This document shows, piece after piece, positions 1-8,736 of a DNA stretch of 64,000 bases. Every line of letters starts with the position of its first letter. Position 1 is the stretch's first letter. The notes under the pieces are model-generated. The model worked only from the letters and a program-made list of their open reading frames with translations. It had not been told where the DNA came from and did not search any database. Source of the stretch: Terriglobia bacterium (GTDB lineage: Bacteria > Acidobacteriota > Terriglobia > JAIQFV01); the NCBI GenBank assembly GCA_028716525.1, contig JAQUPQ010000014.1, positions 14,544 to 78,543 of the forward strand, written 5' to 3'. The translations under genes were made by a program, and so were the position numbers.

Positions 1-394
1 ACAAGTCCGCAGCATAACGCACAAGAAAATTGAATTTTGTCCCGCCGTATTCCACCAAGTAAATGGCTCCGAGAAATCCAATCGGAATGCCTATGGCGGC
101 GGCGATCAAGATAAGTGAGGCTGATCCAACAATGGCGTTGGCGATGCCGCCACCCGATTCACCCACCGGCTTCGGCAGTTGCGTGAAAAAAGCCCAATTT
201 AAGGCGGTGCCGCCGTGCCAAAGCAGATATCCGAGAATGAAGACCAACACCGAGACGGCCAGCAGGGCGCAAAGAACCGTGACCAGAAACACACAAGTGT
301 TTTTGATTCGGCGCCACACCATTCCGGAGTGCGGCTTCTGTCGTCGGGGCAGGGAAGAGCTAGCCAAGGTCGACGGGTCGTTCCGTGTGTTCAT
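1..394 (-). CDS. pstA: Phosphate ABC transporter permease PstA. Only the N-terminal part is in the window; the 3' end lies beyond the window edge.
   Basis: The reverse-complement translation from the ATG at 394 reads MNTRNDPSTL...VLVFILGYLLWHGGTALNWAFFTQLPKPVGESGGGIANAIVGS, which is PstA-like. It sits directly downstream of pstC in the pstSCA order. It is not in the supplied ORF track because it has no stop in the window. Confidence 0.75.
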   Translation of the reverse strand, partial: MNTRNDPSTLASSSLPRRQKPHSGMVWRRIKNTCVFLVTVLCALLAVSVLVFILGYLLWHGGTALNWAFFTQLPKPVGESGGGIANAIVGSASLILIAAAIGIPIGFLGAIYLVEYGGTKFNFLVRYAADL

Positions 395-419
395 AAGGCT
401 TCGTCTTTTAACCTGATCC

Positions 420-1541
420 TCAGACAACTGTGCTCTGCTTTCTGACCGTGGCCCAAATCATCAAGCGCGCCAGGGCGTTGATGATCATGGTGATCACAAA
501 CAGCAACAGGCCGATTTCGATCAACGCATTGAGATAAAGATCGCCAGTGGCTTCTGAAAACTCATTCGCGATGACCGCCGCCATGGAATAGCCTGGCGCA
601 AAAAGCGACGCAGAGATTTGCGGCGTGTTGCCGATGACCATGGTCACGGCCATGGTTTCCCCAAGGGCGCGCGCCAGCGCCAGGAAAATGGATCCAAAGA
701 TTCCCGAGCGCGCATAAACCATGGCCACGTGCCACGTCGTTTCCCATCGGGTGGCCCCCAGTGCCATGGACGCCTCACGTTGCTCGCGAGGCACCGCCAG
801 CAGAACCTCACGCGAAACTGAAATAATGAACGGCAAAACCATCATTGCTAACAGGACGCCGGCCGTCAGCACTCCGACTCCATAATTCGGGCCGGAAAAG
901 AGCGGCAAGAATCCGAGGGCGCCCTTCAACGCCGGCCCACCCACCTCGCGCATGAAAGGGACCAGAACAAAAACTCCGATGACTCCAATAATGACGCTGG
1001 GCACCGCCGCCAACAGTTCGATGATGAAAGTCAATATCGAAGAAAGGCCGCGTGGAGCCAGTTCCGCCAAACAAATGGCGGCCCCCAACCCGATGGGAAC
1101 AGCCAACAACAAGGCAATCGCCGAGGTCACCAGCGTGCCGAATATAAATGTGATGGCGCCGAAATCTTCCGCGACCGGATCCCAGGTGCTGCTGGTGATG
1201 AATTTGAACCCAAATTGACGAATCGAGAGCTGTGAGGCGCGGTAAAGTTCCCAAGCCAATGCCACCGTCAAGATCAAAATGGCTGCAGCCGATAGAAACG
1301 TGATCGATCGGGTCAGAAACTCTCCCCACCGTACCCGGCGGAACCGGGAGAAGGTGCTCCATGGGGTCGGTGCTGTCAGCCGTGGAAACTCATTGCGTTG
1401 GGTTGGGGCTAGGACTTGATTCATCGCAGCACTCTGTTCTTCTGATTCAACAGAAAAATCGGGGCCGAGGTGCGAGCTTCGACCCCAGAGGATGCTCGTA
1501 ATTCTCCTGGAGAGGTAGTTCGGCCACCGAGCATTTTGCAA
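420..1541 (-). CDS. pstC: Phosphate ABC transporter permease PstC.
   Basis: The 373-aa polytopic membrane protein carries the permease EAA-type motif (EASMALGATRWETTWHVAMVYARSGIF). It lies between pstS and pstA. Confidence 0.85.
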   Translation of the reverse strand: MQNARWPNYLSRRITSILWGRSSHLGPDFSVESEEQSAAMNQVLAPTQRNEFPRLTAPTPWSTFSRFRRVRWGEFLTRSITFLSAAAILILTVALAWELYRASQLSIRQFGFKFITSSTWDPVAEDFGAITFIFGTLVTSAIALLLAVPIGLGAAICLAELAPRGLSSILTFIIELLAAVPSVIIGVIGVFVLVPFMREVGGPALKGALGFLPLFSGPNYGVGVLTAGVLLAMMVLPFIISVSREVLLAVPREQREASMALGATRWETTWHVAMVYARSGIFGSIFLALARALGETMAVTMVIGNTPQISASLFAPGYSMAAVIANEFSEATGDLYLNALIEIGLLLFVITMIINALARLMIWATVRKQSTVV

Positions 1542-1561
1542 AACTCTTGAACTTCAACTTC

Positions 1562-2608
1562 TCAAAAGGTTATTTTCGAAACGGCTTTCATTTCCTTGGC
1601 GACCACCGGCTTGGGCAGCGGGGCGTAGGCGAGACTGGTGGTGTATTGCTGTCCCTCCACCATCATCCACTTGAGAAAGTCGACCACAATTCTTCCCTTT
1701 TGCGGGTTGTCGAAATGTTCCGGGATGAGCAGCCAAGTGAAACTGGAAATCGGGTATGCCCCTTTGCCGGGGGCGTTGGTGATAGAAACGCGAAAGTCGG
1801 CCGGCATGTTGGTGGCCGCGCCGGCGGCAGCTTCCGAAACCGATTTCAAATCCGCCTTCACGAAAATCCCCGTGGAGTTTTTGACTCGTCCATAGGGCAC
1901 GTGGTTTTGAATGGCGTAAATCAACTCCACATAACCCATGGCGCCGGGCGTTTGTTTAACCACGCCCATCACGCCCTCGTTGCCTTTGCCTCCGAGTCCC
2001 ACAGGCCAGTTCACGGAAGTCGAATGGCCGACGCGAGATTTCCACTCGGGGCTGACTTTGGAAAGAAAGTCGGTCCAGATGTATGTAGTGCCACTGCCGT
2101 CAGACCGATGGACCACGACAATGTCGGTCCCCGGCAATTTCACTCCGGGGTTGTCGCGAGTGATGGCCGCATCATTCCATTTCGTAATCTTCCCCAAGTA
2201 GATGTTGGCGAGCGTTTCCCCGCTGAAATTTAGCTCTGCGTTAACGCCCGGGATGTTGTAGCTGGGGACGGCGGCGCCGAGAACCGTCGGAAAATGAAGA
2301 ATCGGAATCTTGGATTTCTTTAATTGTTCGTCGGTCATCGGTCCATCACTGGCCCCAAAGTCCACCGTGCGCGAAAGCAGTTGCTGAATGCCGCCCCCGC
2401 TGCCGATAGATTGATAATTGATCTGAATATCGGGATGCTTCTTGTGATATTCGGAAAACCACTTGGAGTAAATCGGGTACGGAAACGTCGCGCCGGCAGC
2501 GTTCAATTGAGTTTGGCCAAATGCCGGAACTGACCCGACGATAAACCCAGCCAACCCCAAAAGAATTCCTGCGATTCTGAGTCTGCTCATTAAATCTCCT
2601 TTTCTCAA
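1562..2608 (-). CDS. pstS: Phosphate-binding periplasmic protein PstS.
   Basis: It has a signal peptide and the PstS-like core (ATFPYPIYSKWFSEY...SGTTYIWTDFLS). It heads the pstSCA operon. Confidence 0.9.
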   Translation of the reverse strand: MRKGDLMSRLRIAGILLGLAGFIVGSVPAFGQTQLNAAGATFPYPIYSKWFSEYHKKHPDIQINYQSIGSGGGIQQLLSRTVDFGASDGPMTDEQLKKSKIPILHFPTVLGAAVPSYNIPGVNAELNFSGETLANIYLGKITKWNDAAITRDNPGVKLPGTDIVVVHRSDGSGTTYIWTDFLSKVSPEWKSRVGHSTSVNWPVGLGGKGNEGVMGVVKQTPGAMGYVELIYAIQNHVPYGRVKNSTGIFVKADLKSVSEAAAGAATNMPADFRVSITNAPGKGAYPISSFTWLLIPEHFDNPQKGRIVVDFLKWMMVEGQQYTTSLAYAPLPKPVVAKEMKAVSKITF

Positions 2609-2631
2609 GGCAAACAGTGTAGCGTCTTCAT

Positions 2632-2670
2632 TGTTACAAGGAGGTTAAGACGCGGTTAAGGATTTGTTAA
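2632..2670 (-). promoter_or_regulatory. Putative Pho box: four hexamers (TGTTAC, GGTTAA, GGTTAA, TGTTAA on the plus strand; TTAACA, TTAACC, TTAACC, GTAACA on the gene strand) at exactly 11-bp spacing. It lies 24-62 bp upstream of the pstS ATG.
   Basis: The direct repeats at 2632, 2643, 2654 and 2665 are read directly from the sequence. The architecture resembles PhoB/PhoP binding arrays. Confidence 0.45.
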
Positions 2671-2699
2671 CTGCCCATTCTCTTTCTAAGACCCCGTGG

Positions 2700-4403
2700 C
2701 TAGTAGTTGAACTGTGTAACGATCATGATCGCGTTCGTGCCCTTCGGGACAACATTGACGATGCCCAGTGGATTTGCCGCCGCCAACGAGGAACTGAACG
2801 TCGCGATCTGACCGGGTGACATGGTGAATTGGTTGTGAACGTAATGCAGGTTCGAGTCGCCCACGGCAATGTCAAAGTGATTGTTGAAGTGATAGCTGAT
2901 GCCGGCAACGGTGCGCGTGAAATCCAGAGGGTTTGTGCCGCTGATATTCGTGTTTGGTTGGAAATAGTGGAACAAACCGAAAAGCCGGAAAGGCGAGCTT
3001 CCCAGCTTGACGTTCCCAAAGAAGGCGAACCCTTGCTGGCGAGTATGGTCTCCATTGAGGAGCCCCTTGGCGAGGGCATCAAAGGTGGCATTGGGGGTCG
3101 GACCAAGACCGAATTCATCCGCCGGCCCGGAACCCGAGAACAGGTTTCCGGTGCTGAAGGCATTCCGTCCTAAATCGTATTCTCCCACGATTTCGTAAGT
3201 CTTGGCGGGACTCTGGTAGTGCGCAAAAAGCGCCAGCCGGTTGAGCGCAATGCTTCTGGTATCGGGCGTCTGGGTGTTGTAGCCATAATCCTCGAACGCC
3301 GTCAGGCCAAAGCCGGTTCGGTCTATTTTTGTCCCAAACGGGTACCAGGTGACACGGGCCATGACTTGCTTCTTGTCGTTGGATTCGATGGCATGGAAGC
3401 TGGCTGTGTTGAAGACACCGATGTCGTAATCCAAGAACTCCTTGCCATTGATCATGACGGGGCCGTGCAGTTTGACGCCCGTGTAGGTGGAGCTGAGGCT
3501 CAGATAATTCCAAGGTACCAAATAGGCGAACCGGAAGCCGCTCAACGCTTCTTCCCAGTCCACCAGCGGGTTTTGTGTTTGCCCGGCCGTGAGTTTGTCT
3601 TTTCCAAACATGTCACTGCCGGAAAACAACGTGTTGAAGTCGACATACGCGTATTTAAGACGAAAACCAAGATTCCCGTTGGAACTGGTGTTGATGGCTG
3701 CACCATTCCCGAAAGCTTGGGCTTTGGATACGTCAACCTGGCGGTAGATGTTCGGGGTAAGGCGGAGTGTCACGGCCTCAGTCGGCGTGTACACGAAGTT
3801 AAGGTAGGTTCGAGTGACATCGAAGGAATTGAAGCCGTCGTTTCCGGGCCCCGGCTGATTGGCTTGGGTAATGAACTGGGGGCCGAATCCCGTCTGCGTG
3901 TAATACGACCAGTCTCCGAAGAAGGTGGCTCCGAGTTGAATTTTCCCATACGCCAGATCGGACAACTTGGGCTCTTTCTTTTGGGAGGGTGAATCTTGAG
4001 AAGCCTCCAAGGCGGATGCCGCCGACGTCCCGGCCAGGGGATTGGTCGCGCCGAAGGCCGGACTCAATGCCCCCGCGGGAGGAAGAACGGGCTTTAGGCT
4101 GGCGACTTGACCCGCGCTCTTCAATCGTAAGATCTCATCCTGCTGCAACTTCAGTTGGGCGCTCATCTGATCCATGGCGCGTTTCAGGTCCTCAATGGTC
4201 TGGGCTTGCTTTTGTAACGCTTCCTCCAGTTGCTGCGACTTTTCATCGGCGGCCGCGGGCGGAGCAGCATTTGACTTCGCCGATTTTCTTTTCATCGCTG
4301 TCTTCTGAGCAGGGGAGTTGTCCGCCGCGAAAGCAGGAAGACTAATCGCCAACACAGCCAGAATTACAATTGTTACTGCCGAGAGGGACAGAGTCTTTCT
4401 CAT
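2700..4403 (-). CDS. Putative phosphate-selective porin (Porin O/P-like outer-membrane beta-barrel) with an N-terminal coiled-coil extension.
   Basis: It has a signal peptide and a Q/E/K-rich coiled coil, followed by alternating beta-strand-like segments and a C-terminal aromatic end (TQFNY). It lies directly upstream of, and in the same orientation as, pstSCA. A Pho-box-like repeat array sits upstream. Confidence 0.5.
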   Translation of the reverse strand: MRKTLSLSAVTIVILAVLAISLPAFAADNSPAQKTAMKRKSAKSNAAPPAAADEKSQQLEEALQKQAQTIEDLKRAMDQMSAQLKLQQDEILRLKSAGQVASLKPVLPPAGALSPAFGATNPLAGTSAASALEASQDSPSQKKEPKLSDLAYGKIQLGATFFGDWSYYTQTGFGPQFITQANQPGPGNDGFNSFDVTRTYLNFVYTPTEAVTLRLTPNIYRQVDVSKAQAFGNGAAINTSSNGNLGFRLKYAYVDFNTLFSGSDMFGKDKLTAGQTQNPLVDWEEALSGFRFAYLVPWNYLSLSSTYTGVKLHGPVMINGKEFLDYDIGVFNTASFHAIESNDKKQVMARVTWYPFGTKIDRTGFGLTAFEDYGYNTQTPDTRSIALNRLALFAHYQSPAKTYEIVGEYDLGRNAFSTGNLFSGSGPADEFGLGPTPNATFDALAKGLLNGDHTRQQGFAFFGNVKLGSSPFRLFGLFHYFQPNTNISGTNPLDFTRTVAGISYHFNNHFDIAVGDSNLHYVHNQFTMSPGQIATFSSSLAAANPLGIVNVVPKGTNAIMIVTQFNY

Positions 4404-4493
4404 CGATTCTCCTTTTGGTCTTCATGAAATTTGTGGACCAGCGCCGTTGCCCGAGTATTTGAGGACGACCCTAATTCTGAAGGTCGGGGCGAT

Positions 4494-4534
4494 GTTAGAT
4501 CGTTCTGTGTTAAAAACGTGTGACAAACTGTTAA
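4494..4534 (-). promoter_or_regulatory. Second Pho-box-like array (TGTTAG, TGTTAA, TGTGAC, TGTTAA at 10-14 bp spacing) about 90-130 bp upstream of the porin gene.
   Basis: The motif family matches that of the pstS upstream array. The spacing is less regular. Confidence 0.3.
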
Positions 4535-4960
4535 AGATTCCATGAAACCCAGGACTGGGCTGAGGATTGTTCGGAGGGGGTCGGTACTGGGACTCGCCTT
4601 AGCAGCGTCAGTCCCGCGGCCTTTAGAGTGATCGGGGAATCGGTTGTGGGCCATCCACTGAAAGGGCAAGACACGCTGTCGTCAGGTGAGGGATGCTTTT
4701 TTCATCGAAGTACGATCCAGCATCGGTGATTCTGCCTTGCGTGGGCCTAGCGCTCGGCATCCCACCGAACCAAGAGGGGAGCAAGATGCTTCCTGCTGGC
4801 AGGAGCGCGATTCGAGTTGATTCCTAGCCAATTCATTCAAAAAAAGCGTGAGGTGAGGAATCCACATCTATCGTGAGAAGAAGCAGGGGCCATGAGGAAA
4901 GCGTCGCGAACTGAACGTGCGTACCCAACCCAACAAATGTCTTGACGAGGTAAATGAAAT

Positions 4961-4978
4961 CGGATATTCAGATATCCG
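4961..4978. promoter_or_regulatory. Putative ArsR operator: the inverted repeat CGGATAT-N4-ATATCCG, ending 2 nt before the arsR ATG. A TTGACG -35-like hexamer lies upstream.
   Basis: The palindrome is read directly. ArsR/SmtB repressors classically autoregulate through an imperfect 12-2-12 type palindrome that overlaps their own promoter. Confidence 0.45.
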
Positions 4979-4979
4979 G

Positions 4980-5384
4980 ATGCTTGAATTCTTTATGAAA
5001 GACATCGTCAAAGTTTTCAAGGCCCTCTCGGATACCACTCGTCTTCGCATTCTCCACCTGCTCGAGCAAACCGGGGAGCTGTGTGTGTGCGATCTCAAAA
5101 CCGTCCTCGAGTGTCCGCAGGCGCGCATCTCCAGGCACTTGGCGATTCTCAAGAATGCGGGCTTTATCGATGACCGGCGCGAGGGGACGTGGGTGCTTTA
5201 TTCCCTGACGAAAGCCAAGGGTCCCATTCAGCCCGTGGTTCGGAAAGCCTTCAAGCAGATCGTGGCTGTTTCTCCGGATTTTGGCGACGACAAGCAGCGC
5301 CTGCGACAGGCCCTGGCGCAAGGGCGATGCAAGACATTTCAAGTCGTCCATCCGCGTGGCCTGTCGAAACCAGCGCCACGATGA
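4980..5384 (+). CDS. arsR: ArsR/SmtB-family metalloregulatory repressor.
   Basis: It has a winged-HTH region and the ELCVCDL metal-binding motif (VFKALSDTTRLRILHLLEQTGELCVCDLKTVLECPQARISRHLAILKNAGFI). The start is taken at the internal ATG 4980 because the operator palindrome sits there. The track ORF begins at 4917. Confidence 0.85.
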   Translation: MLEFFMKDIVKVFKALSDTTRLRILHLLEQTGELCVCDLKTVLECPQARISRHLAILKNAGFIDDRREGTWVLYSLTKAKGPIQPVVRKAFKQIVAVSPDFGDDKQRLRQALAQGRCKTFQVVHPRGLSKPAPR

Positions 5385-5492
5385 CCGAGTGATCCGCAAA
5401 TCACCCGCGTGAATACTTTAAGAAGGGCGGATGGAAATCGCGGTTATGCACAGACAATGAAATCGGAATCAGACGATTTGTCGGAGGAATCC

Positions 5493-6128
5493 ATGCCTAA
5501 GCCCAGGTGGCGCTTGGTGATTGCCTTGGTAATACTGCTAGCGACTATATCCGCTAATTCTGCAGCTCCCGAACAAACGAAGGCTTTCAAAGGCTTCGAG
5601 GTGATTCCTCTGAGAAATGGCCCAAATGAAATTGATATCAATGGAGACGGCTTAAAAGATCTGATCTTTATCGCTTGGCGCGAGAACTACAATGCCCATG
5701 GATTTGACATTATTACTTTCTATCTTCAGGTTAAGAGTGATCATGATATCCAGCCGAAAGAAGAATGGTATCTTGTCCCGTTTTTTGATGAGGGAGGAGT
5801 TCCTGACAAAACCTCTCTCAAGACCGAGATGGGTGCTGATTGCATTCTCTCTGACATCCGCGTGATACGCCCAGTCTCACCCAAGAAGGGTCCTGTTACT
5901 ATTGTTGTTGGTATCCGTGATTTAGGAGAGTCGTATGCCGATGAAGCATCAATTAAATTTCTCGTTTATGAATTGAGGTACACCAAAGAGGGCATTCCAG
6001 GAAAACCGCCTTATTACTTTCAGCAGTCAAAGACCATACCTGGGCAAGAGAAGTACTGCGACATCAATAACGCATTTCAAAGAGAATTGGGACTCGGATG
6101 GTACCGCACCGACAGAAAAAAGGAATAG
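5493..6128 (+). CDS. Hypothetical secreted protein with a single D-x-N-G-D-G-x-x-D calcium-binding-like motif. The gene has a distinctly lower GC content than its neighbours.
   Basis: A GGAGGA ribosome-binding site precedes the ATG at 5493. The N-terminus (MPKPRWRLVIALVILLATISANSAAPEQ) is a signal peptide. Codon usage is AT-rich compared with the neighbours. The track ORF is 5409..6128. Confidence 0.5.
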   Translation: MPKPRWRLVIALVILLATISANSAAPEQTKAFKGFEVIPLRNGPNEIDINGDGLKDLIFIAWRENYNAHGFDIITFYLQVKSDHDIQPKEEWYLVPFFDEGGVPDKTSLKTEMGADCILSDIRVIRPVSPKKGPVTIVVGIRDLGESYADEASIKFLVYELRYTKEGIPGKPPYYFQQSKTIPGQEKYCDINNAFQRELGLGWYRTDRKKE

Positions 6129-6201
6129 GATGGTCTTACCAAACTCAGGGTGCCGCCCATAATCAGTGCTTGCAATCGATTGCAGATAATGTTGACTCCC
6201 G

Positions 6202-7314
6202 GTGACGCCTTCAAAAGATCGAACTCCAATGAATAAGAATTTCACAGGTCAACTGTCATTTCTCGACCGCTATTTGACCGTTTGGATTTTTGCGGCCATG
6301 GTGGCCGGCGTAGCTGGAGGATGGCTGGTTCCCGGGATTGTACCCCTCCTCAATCGATTCAACGTCGGCACCACCTCCATCCCCATCGCCGTGGGTTTGA
6401 TCCTGATGATGTATCCGCCTCTAGCCAAAGTGCGCTACGAAAAGCTGGGCCAAGTATTCCGCAACAAGAAAATTCTGTTGTTGTCGTTGATTCAAAATTG
6501 GATTGTTGGACCGGTGCTTATGTTCGCGCTCGCCATCCTTTTTCTTCACCATTATCCCGATTACATGGCGGGGCTCATCATGATGGGTTTGGCGCGTTGT
6601 ATCGCCATGGTGATTGTATGGAATGAGTTGGCCAAGGGAGATACCGAATACGCCGCCGGCCTGGTGGCCTTTAATTCGGTCTTCCAGGTACTGTTCTATT
6701 CCGTTTACGCGTGGATTTTTGTCACCAAGCTGCCGGAATGGTTCGGCATGCACGGGTCGGTGGTCAACGTCTCCATCCGTGACATTGCCCACAGCGTTTT
6801 TATCTACCTGGGCATACCTTTCGTGGCGGGCATGATCACACGGTTTGGTCTGCTGCGGGCGCGGGGCAAGGAGTGGTACGAGCGGAAATTCATTCCGCAC
6901 ATCAGCCCCGTCACGCTGATCGCGTTGTTGTTCACCATCGTGGTGATGTTTTCGCTGAAGGGCGAGTACATTGTTCGCCTGCCGCTCGACGTGGTGCGCA
7001 TCGCCATTCCGCTCCTCATCTACTTTGTGGTGATGTTTCTGGTCTCGTTTTACATGGGCCACAGGCTGGGCGCGGATTATTCCCAGACGGCCACGCTTTC
7101 GTTTACGGCTGCCAGCAATAACTTTGAGTTGGCAATTGCTGTCGCGGTTTCGGTCTTTGGCATCAATTCCGGCGCAGCTTTTGCAGCCGTCATCGGTCCG
7201 CTCGTCGAGGTGCCGGTTCTGATCAGCTTGGTCAATGTGTCTTTGTATTTTCAGCGGAGGTTCTATCCCGGCGTCGCAGTTCAGCCCGAAGCGGTTTTGG
7301 CAAGCCATACTTAA
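6202..7314 (+). CDS. acr3: Arsenite efflux permease of the ACR3 family.
   Basis: It is a ten-transmembrane-segment protein that begins ...[28 protein letters not shown], which is an ACR3 hallmark. An alternative start is at 6229. Confidence 0.9.
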   Translation: MTPSKDRTPMNKNFTGQLSFLDRYLTVWIFAAMVAGVAGGWLVPGIVPLLNRFNVGTTSIPIAVGLILMMYPPLAKVRYEKLGQVFRNKKILLLSLIQNWIVGPVLMFALAILFLHHYPDYMAGLIMMGLARCIAMVIVWNELAKGDTEYAAGLVAFNSVFQVLFYSVYAWIFVTKLPEWFGMHGSVVNVSIRDIAHSVFIYLGIPFVAGMITRFGLLRARGKEWYERKFIPHISPVTLIALLFTIVVMFSLKGEYIVRLPLDVVRIAIPLLIYFVVMFLVSFYMGHRLGADYSQTATLSFTAASNNFELAIAVAVSVFGINSGAAFAAVIGPLVEVPVLISLVNVSLYFQRRFYPGVAVQPEAVLASHT

Positions 7315-7326
7315 GGAGTCCGATCC

Positions 7327-7737
7327 TTGAAGCAGCGGGTTTTATTTTTATGCACCGGCAACTCGGCGCGGAGCCAGTTGGCTGAAGGGCTGCTCAGACA
7401 CTTGGCGGGCGACCGCTTCGAAGTCTTCAGTGCGGGGACAGTTCCCGTGGGTGTGAATCCCGCTGCCGTTGAAGTCATGAATGAGATCGGGATCGACATC
7501 TCCTCTCAGTGGTCCAAATCGGTGGAGGAATACGCCGGGCAGGACTTTGATGTGGTTTTTACTTTGTGCGACTACGCTCGGGAGACCTGTCCGATTTATT
7601 CCGGTGGAACCAAACAGCTGCATCAGAACTTCGAGGATCCTACCTGGGCGTCTTCTGACGGTCGCCTGGAAGCTTTTCGCCGTGTGCGCGATAAAATTGC
7701 CGAGCGGTTGAAGCAGTTCATTGCTTCCGGACAGTGA
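7327..7737 (+). CDS. arsC: Arsenate reductase ArsC of the LMW-PTP, thioredoxin-coupled type.
   Basis: It carries the CTGNSARSQ P-loop motif (MKQRVLFLCTGNSARSQLAEG...) and is 136 aa long. Confidence 0.9.
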   Translation: MKQRVLFLCTGNSARSQLAEGLLRHLAGDRFEVFSAGTVPVGVNPAAVEVMNEIGIDISSQWSKSVEEYAGQDFDVVFTLCDYARETCPIYSGGTKQLHQNFEDPTWASSDGRLEAFRRVRDKIAERLKQFIASGQ

Positions 7738-7765
7738 GTTCCCGCTGCTCCGAAAATATTATTCT

Positions 7766-8046
7766 GTCGTCCCGCGAAGCGGGACTAGAATCCAATCTCA
7801 ATCTTTTCCCCAGGCTTACGCCTGGGGCTAAAGATCTGGCGTCCTCCTGGCGGAGGACTTGTTGAATGTGGTCCAGCAAAGTTCCTCGAAGACAGTCGAA
7901 AGTCCTTTATTCGAGACGTAAGTCCAGCGTCGGTGGGGTTAGAAATAGATTAGTCCCGCCTTCCGGGACGGTAGACCTTTAGCCCAGCACGTCAGTGCTG
8001 GAGACGGTACGAGGGGAGGGCACCGAGTCCCGCTCCGCGGGACGAC
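7766..8046. repeat. Cluster of GC-rich hairpin modules. These include GTCCCGC-N3-GCGGGAC at both ends, CCCCAGGCTTACGCCTGGGG, GTCCTCCTGGCGGAGGAC and CCAGCACGTCAGTGCTGG.
   Basis: The palindromes are read directly. The same modules recur at 12.6, 22.0, 46.2-46.5 and 49.2-49.4 kb. Confidence 0.6.
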
Positions 8047-8245
8047 AGATACCTTTCGGGAGCAGGTAAGATAATCGTGCGAACAGAAGATGCTTGGATT
8101 TCTTTCGCCACGTCCGGCATGATCCAAAATGAAAACTGCTTGAGGTGAAATCTCCGCAGGGCATAGAATTCACCTGTCGCCAGTCGCGCCTGTGTTGGCC
8201 CCTGATGTTTTATCGACCGGGTGGCACGTGAGGCTTTCAAGTAAA

Positions 8246-8483
8246 CGATCCCATTCCATGAACTGACCAGCGCTGAAAAGGAGCAGAAGGCAGAGATCAT
8301 TACGCGCGTGAGCGCTTGCGCATTGCATCATCGTCTCGCCACGCGCCTGCTCGAGGATGGCTCCGAGACTTGTGCGGTGCAAGAGCTTCTGGGTCACAGG
8401 GATGTGAAGACCACGATCCGGCGCGGCCCAACTCATGCTTTGGATCGGGGAGGCAAGGGCGTGAAGAGTCTCGTGGACACGCT
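8246..8483 (+). pseudogene. C-terminal remnant of a tyrosine recombinase (integrase-like, IntI/Xer type). It is about 78 codons long and has no N-terminal part.
   Basis: The translation ...RVSACALHHRLATRLLEDGSETCAVQELLGHRDVKTTIRRGPTHALDRGGKGVKSLVDTL* matches the conserved HxLRHxFAT...LLGH.DV.TT..YTHV...GG.GV.SPLD box II region. The catalytic Tyr region is degenerate. An in-frame stop sits just upstream at about 8243. Confidence 0.5.
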
Positions 8484-8736
8484 GTGAAGGAAAAGGCGGA
8501 GGGTGTTATGCGGAAACCAAATAAGATGCAGGATCGAAACAGAATTGCCCCTAATCCGTTGACGAAAAAGGGATGCGTCACGTTTTCGATGAGGGTATTA
8601 TCAGGACGGAAAACCGGATAATGGTTTTATCTGGAAACCATATATTTAGAAGTTAGGCCATTGGCGACTTTTCATGAGCGACCAAATCCACAATGCAAAG
8701 AAGTGACGGAATCAACAGTCACGAAAGGAATCCTCT

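Noticed and set aside
63-416. Plus-strand ORFs of 117 and 76 aa at the window start.
   Set aside because: They overlap the minus-strand pstA coding sequence, which clearly encodes a PstA-like permease. They have no motifs and are typical antisense shadow ORFs in high-GC DNA. The same applies to the many short track ORFs that lie antisense to pstC, pstS, the porin, GH38, the kinases and other genes.
7766-8046. Possibility that the hairpin-repeat clusters are CRISPR arrays or integron attC sites.
   Set aside because: No single repeat unit is regularly spaced with unique spacers. The modules are heterogeneous palindromes in variable order. Similarity to attC is only the generic imperfect-palindrome nature. 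The adjacent recombinase is a degenerate fragment and not an intact intI.
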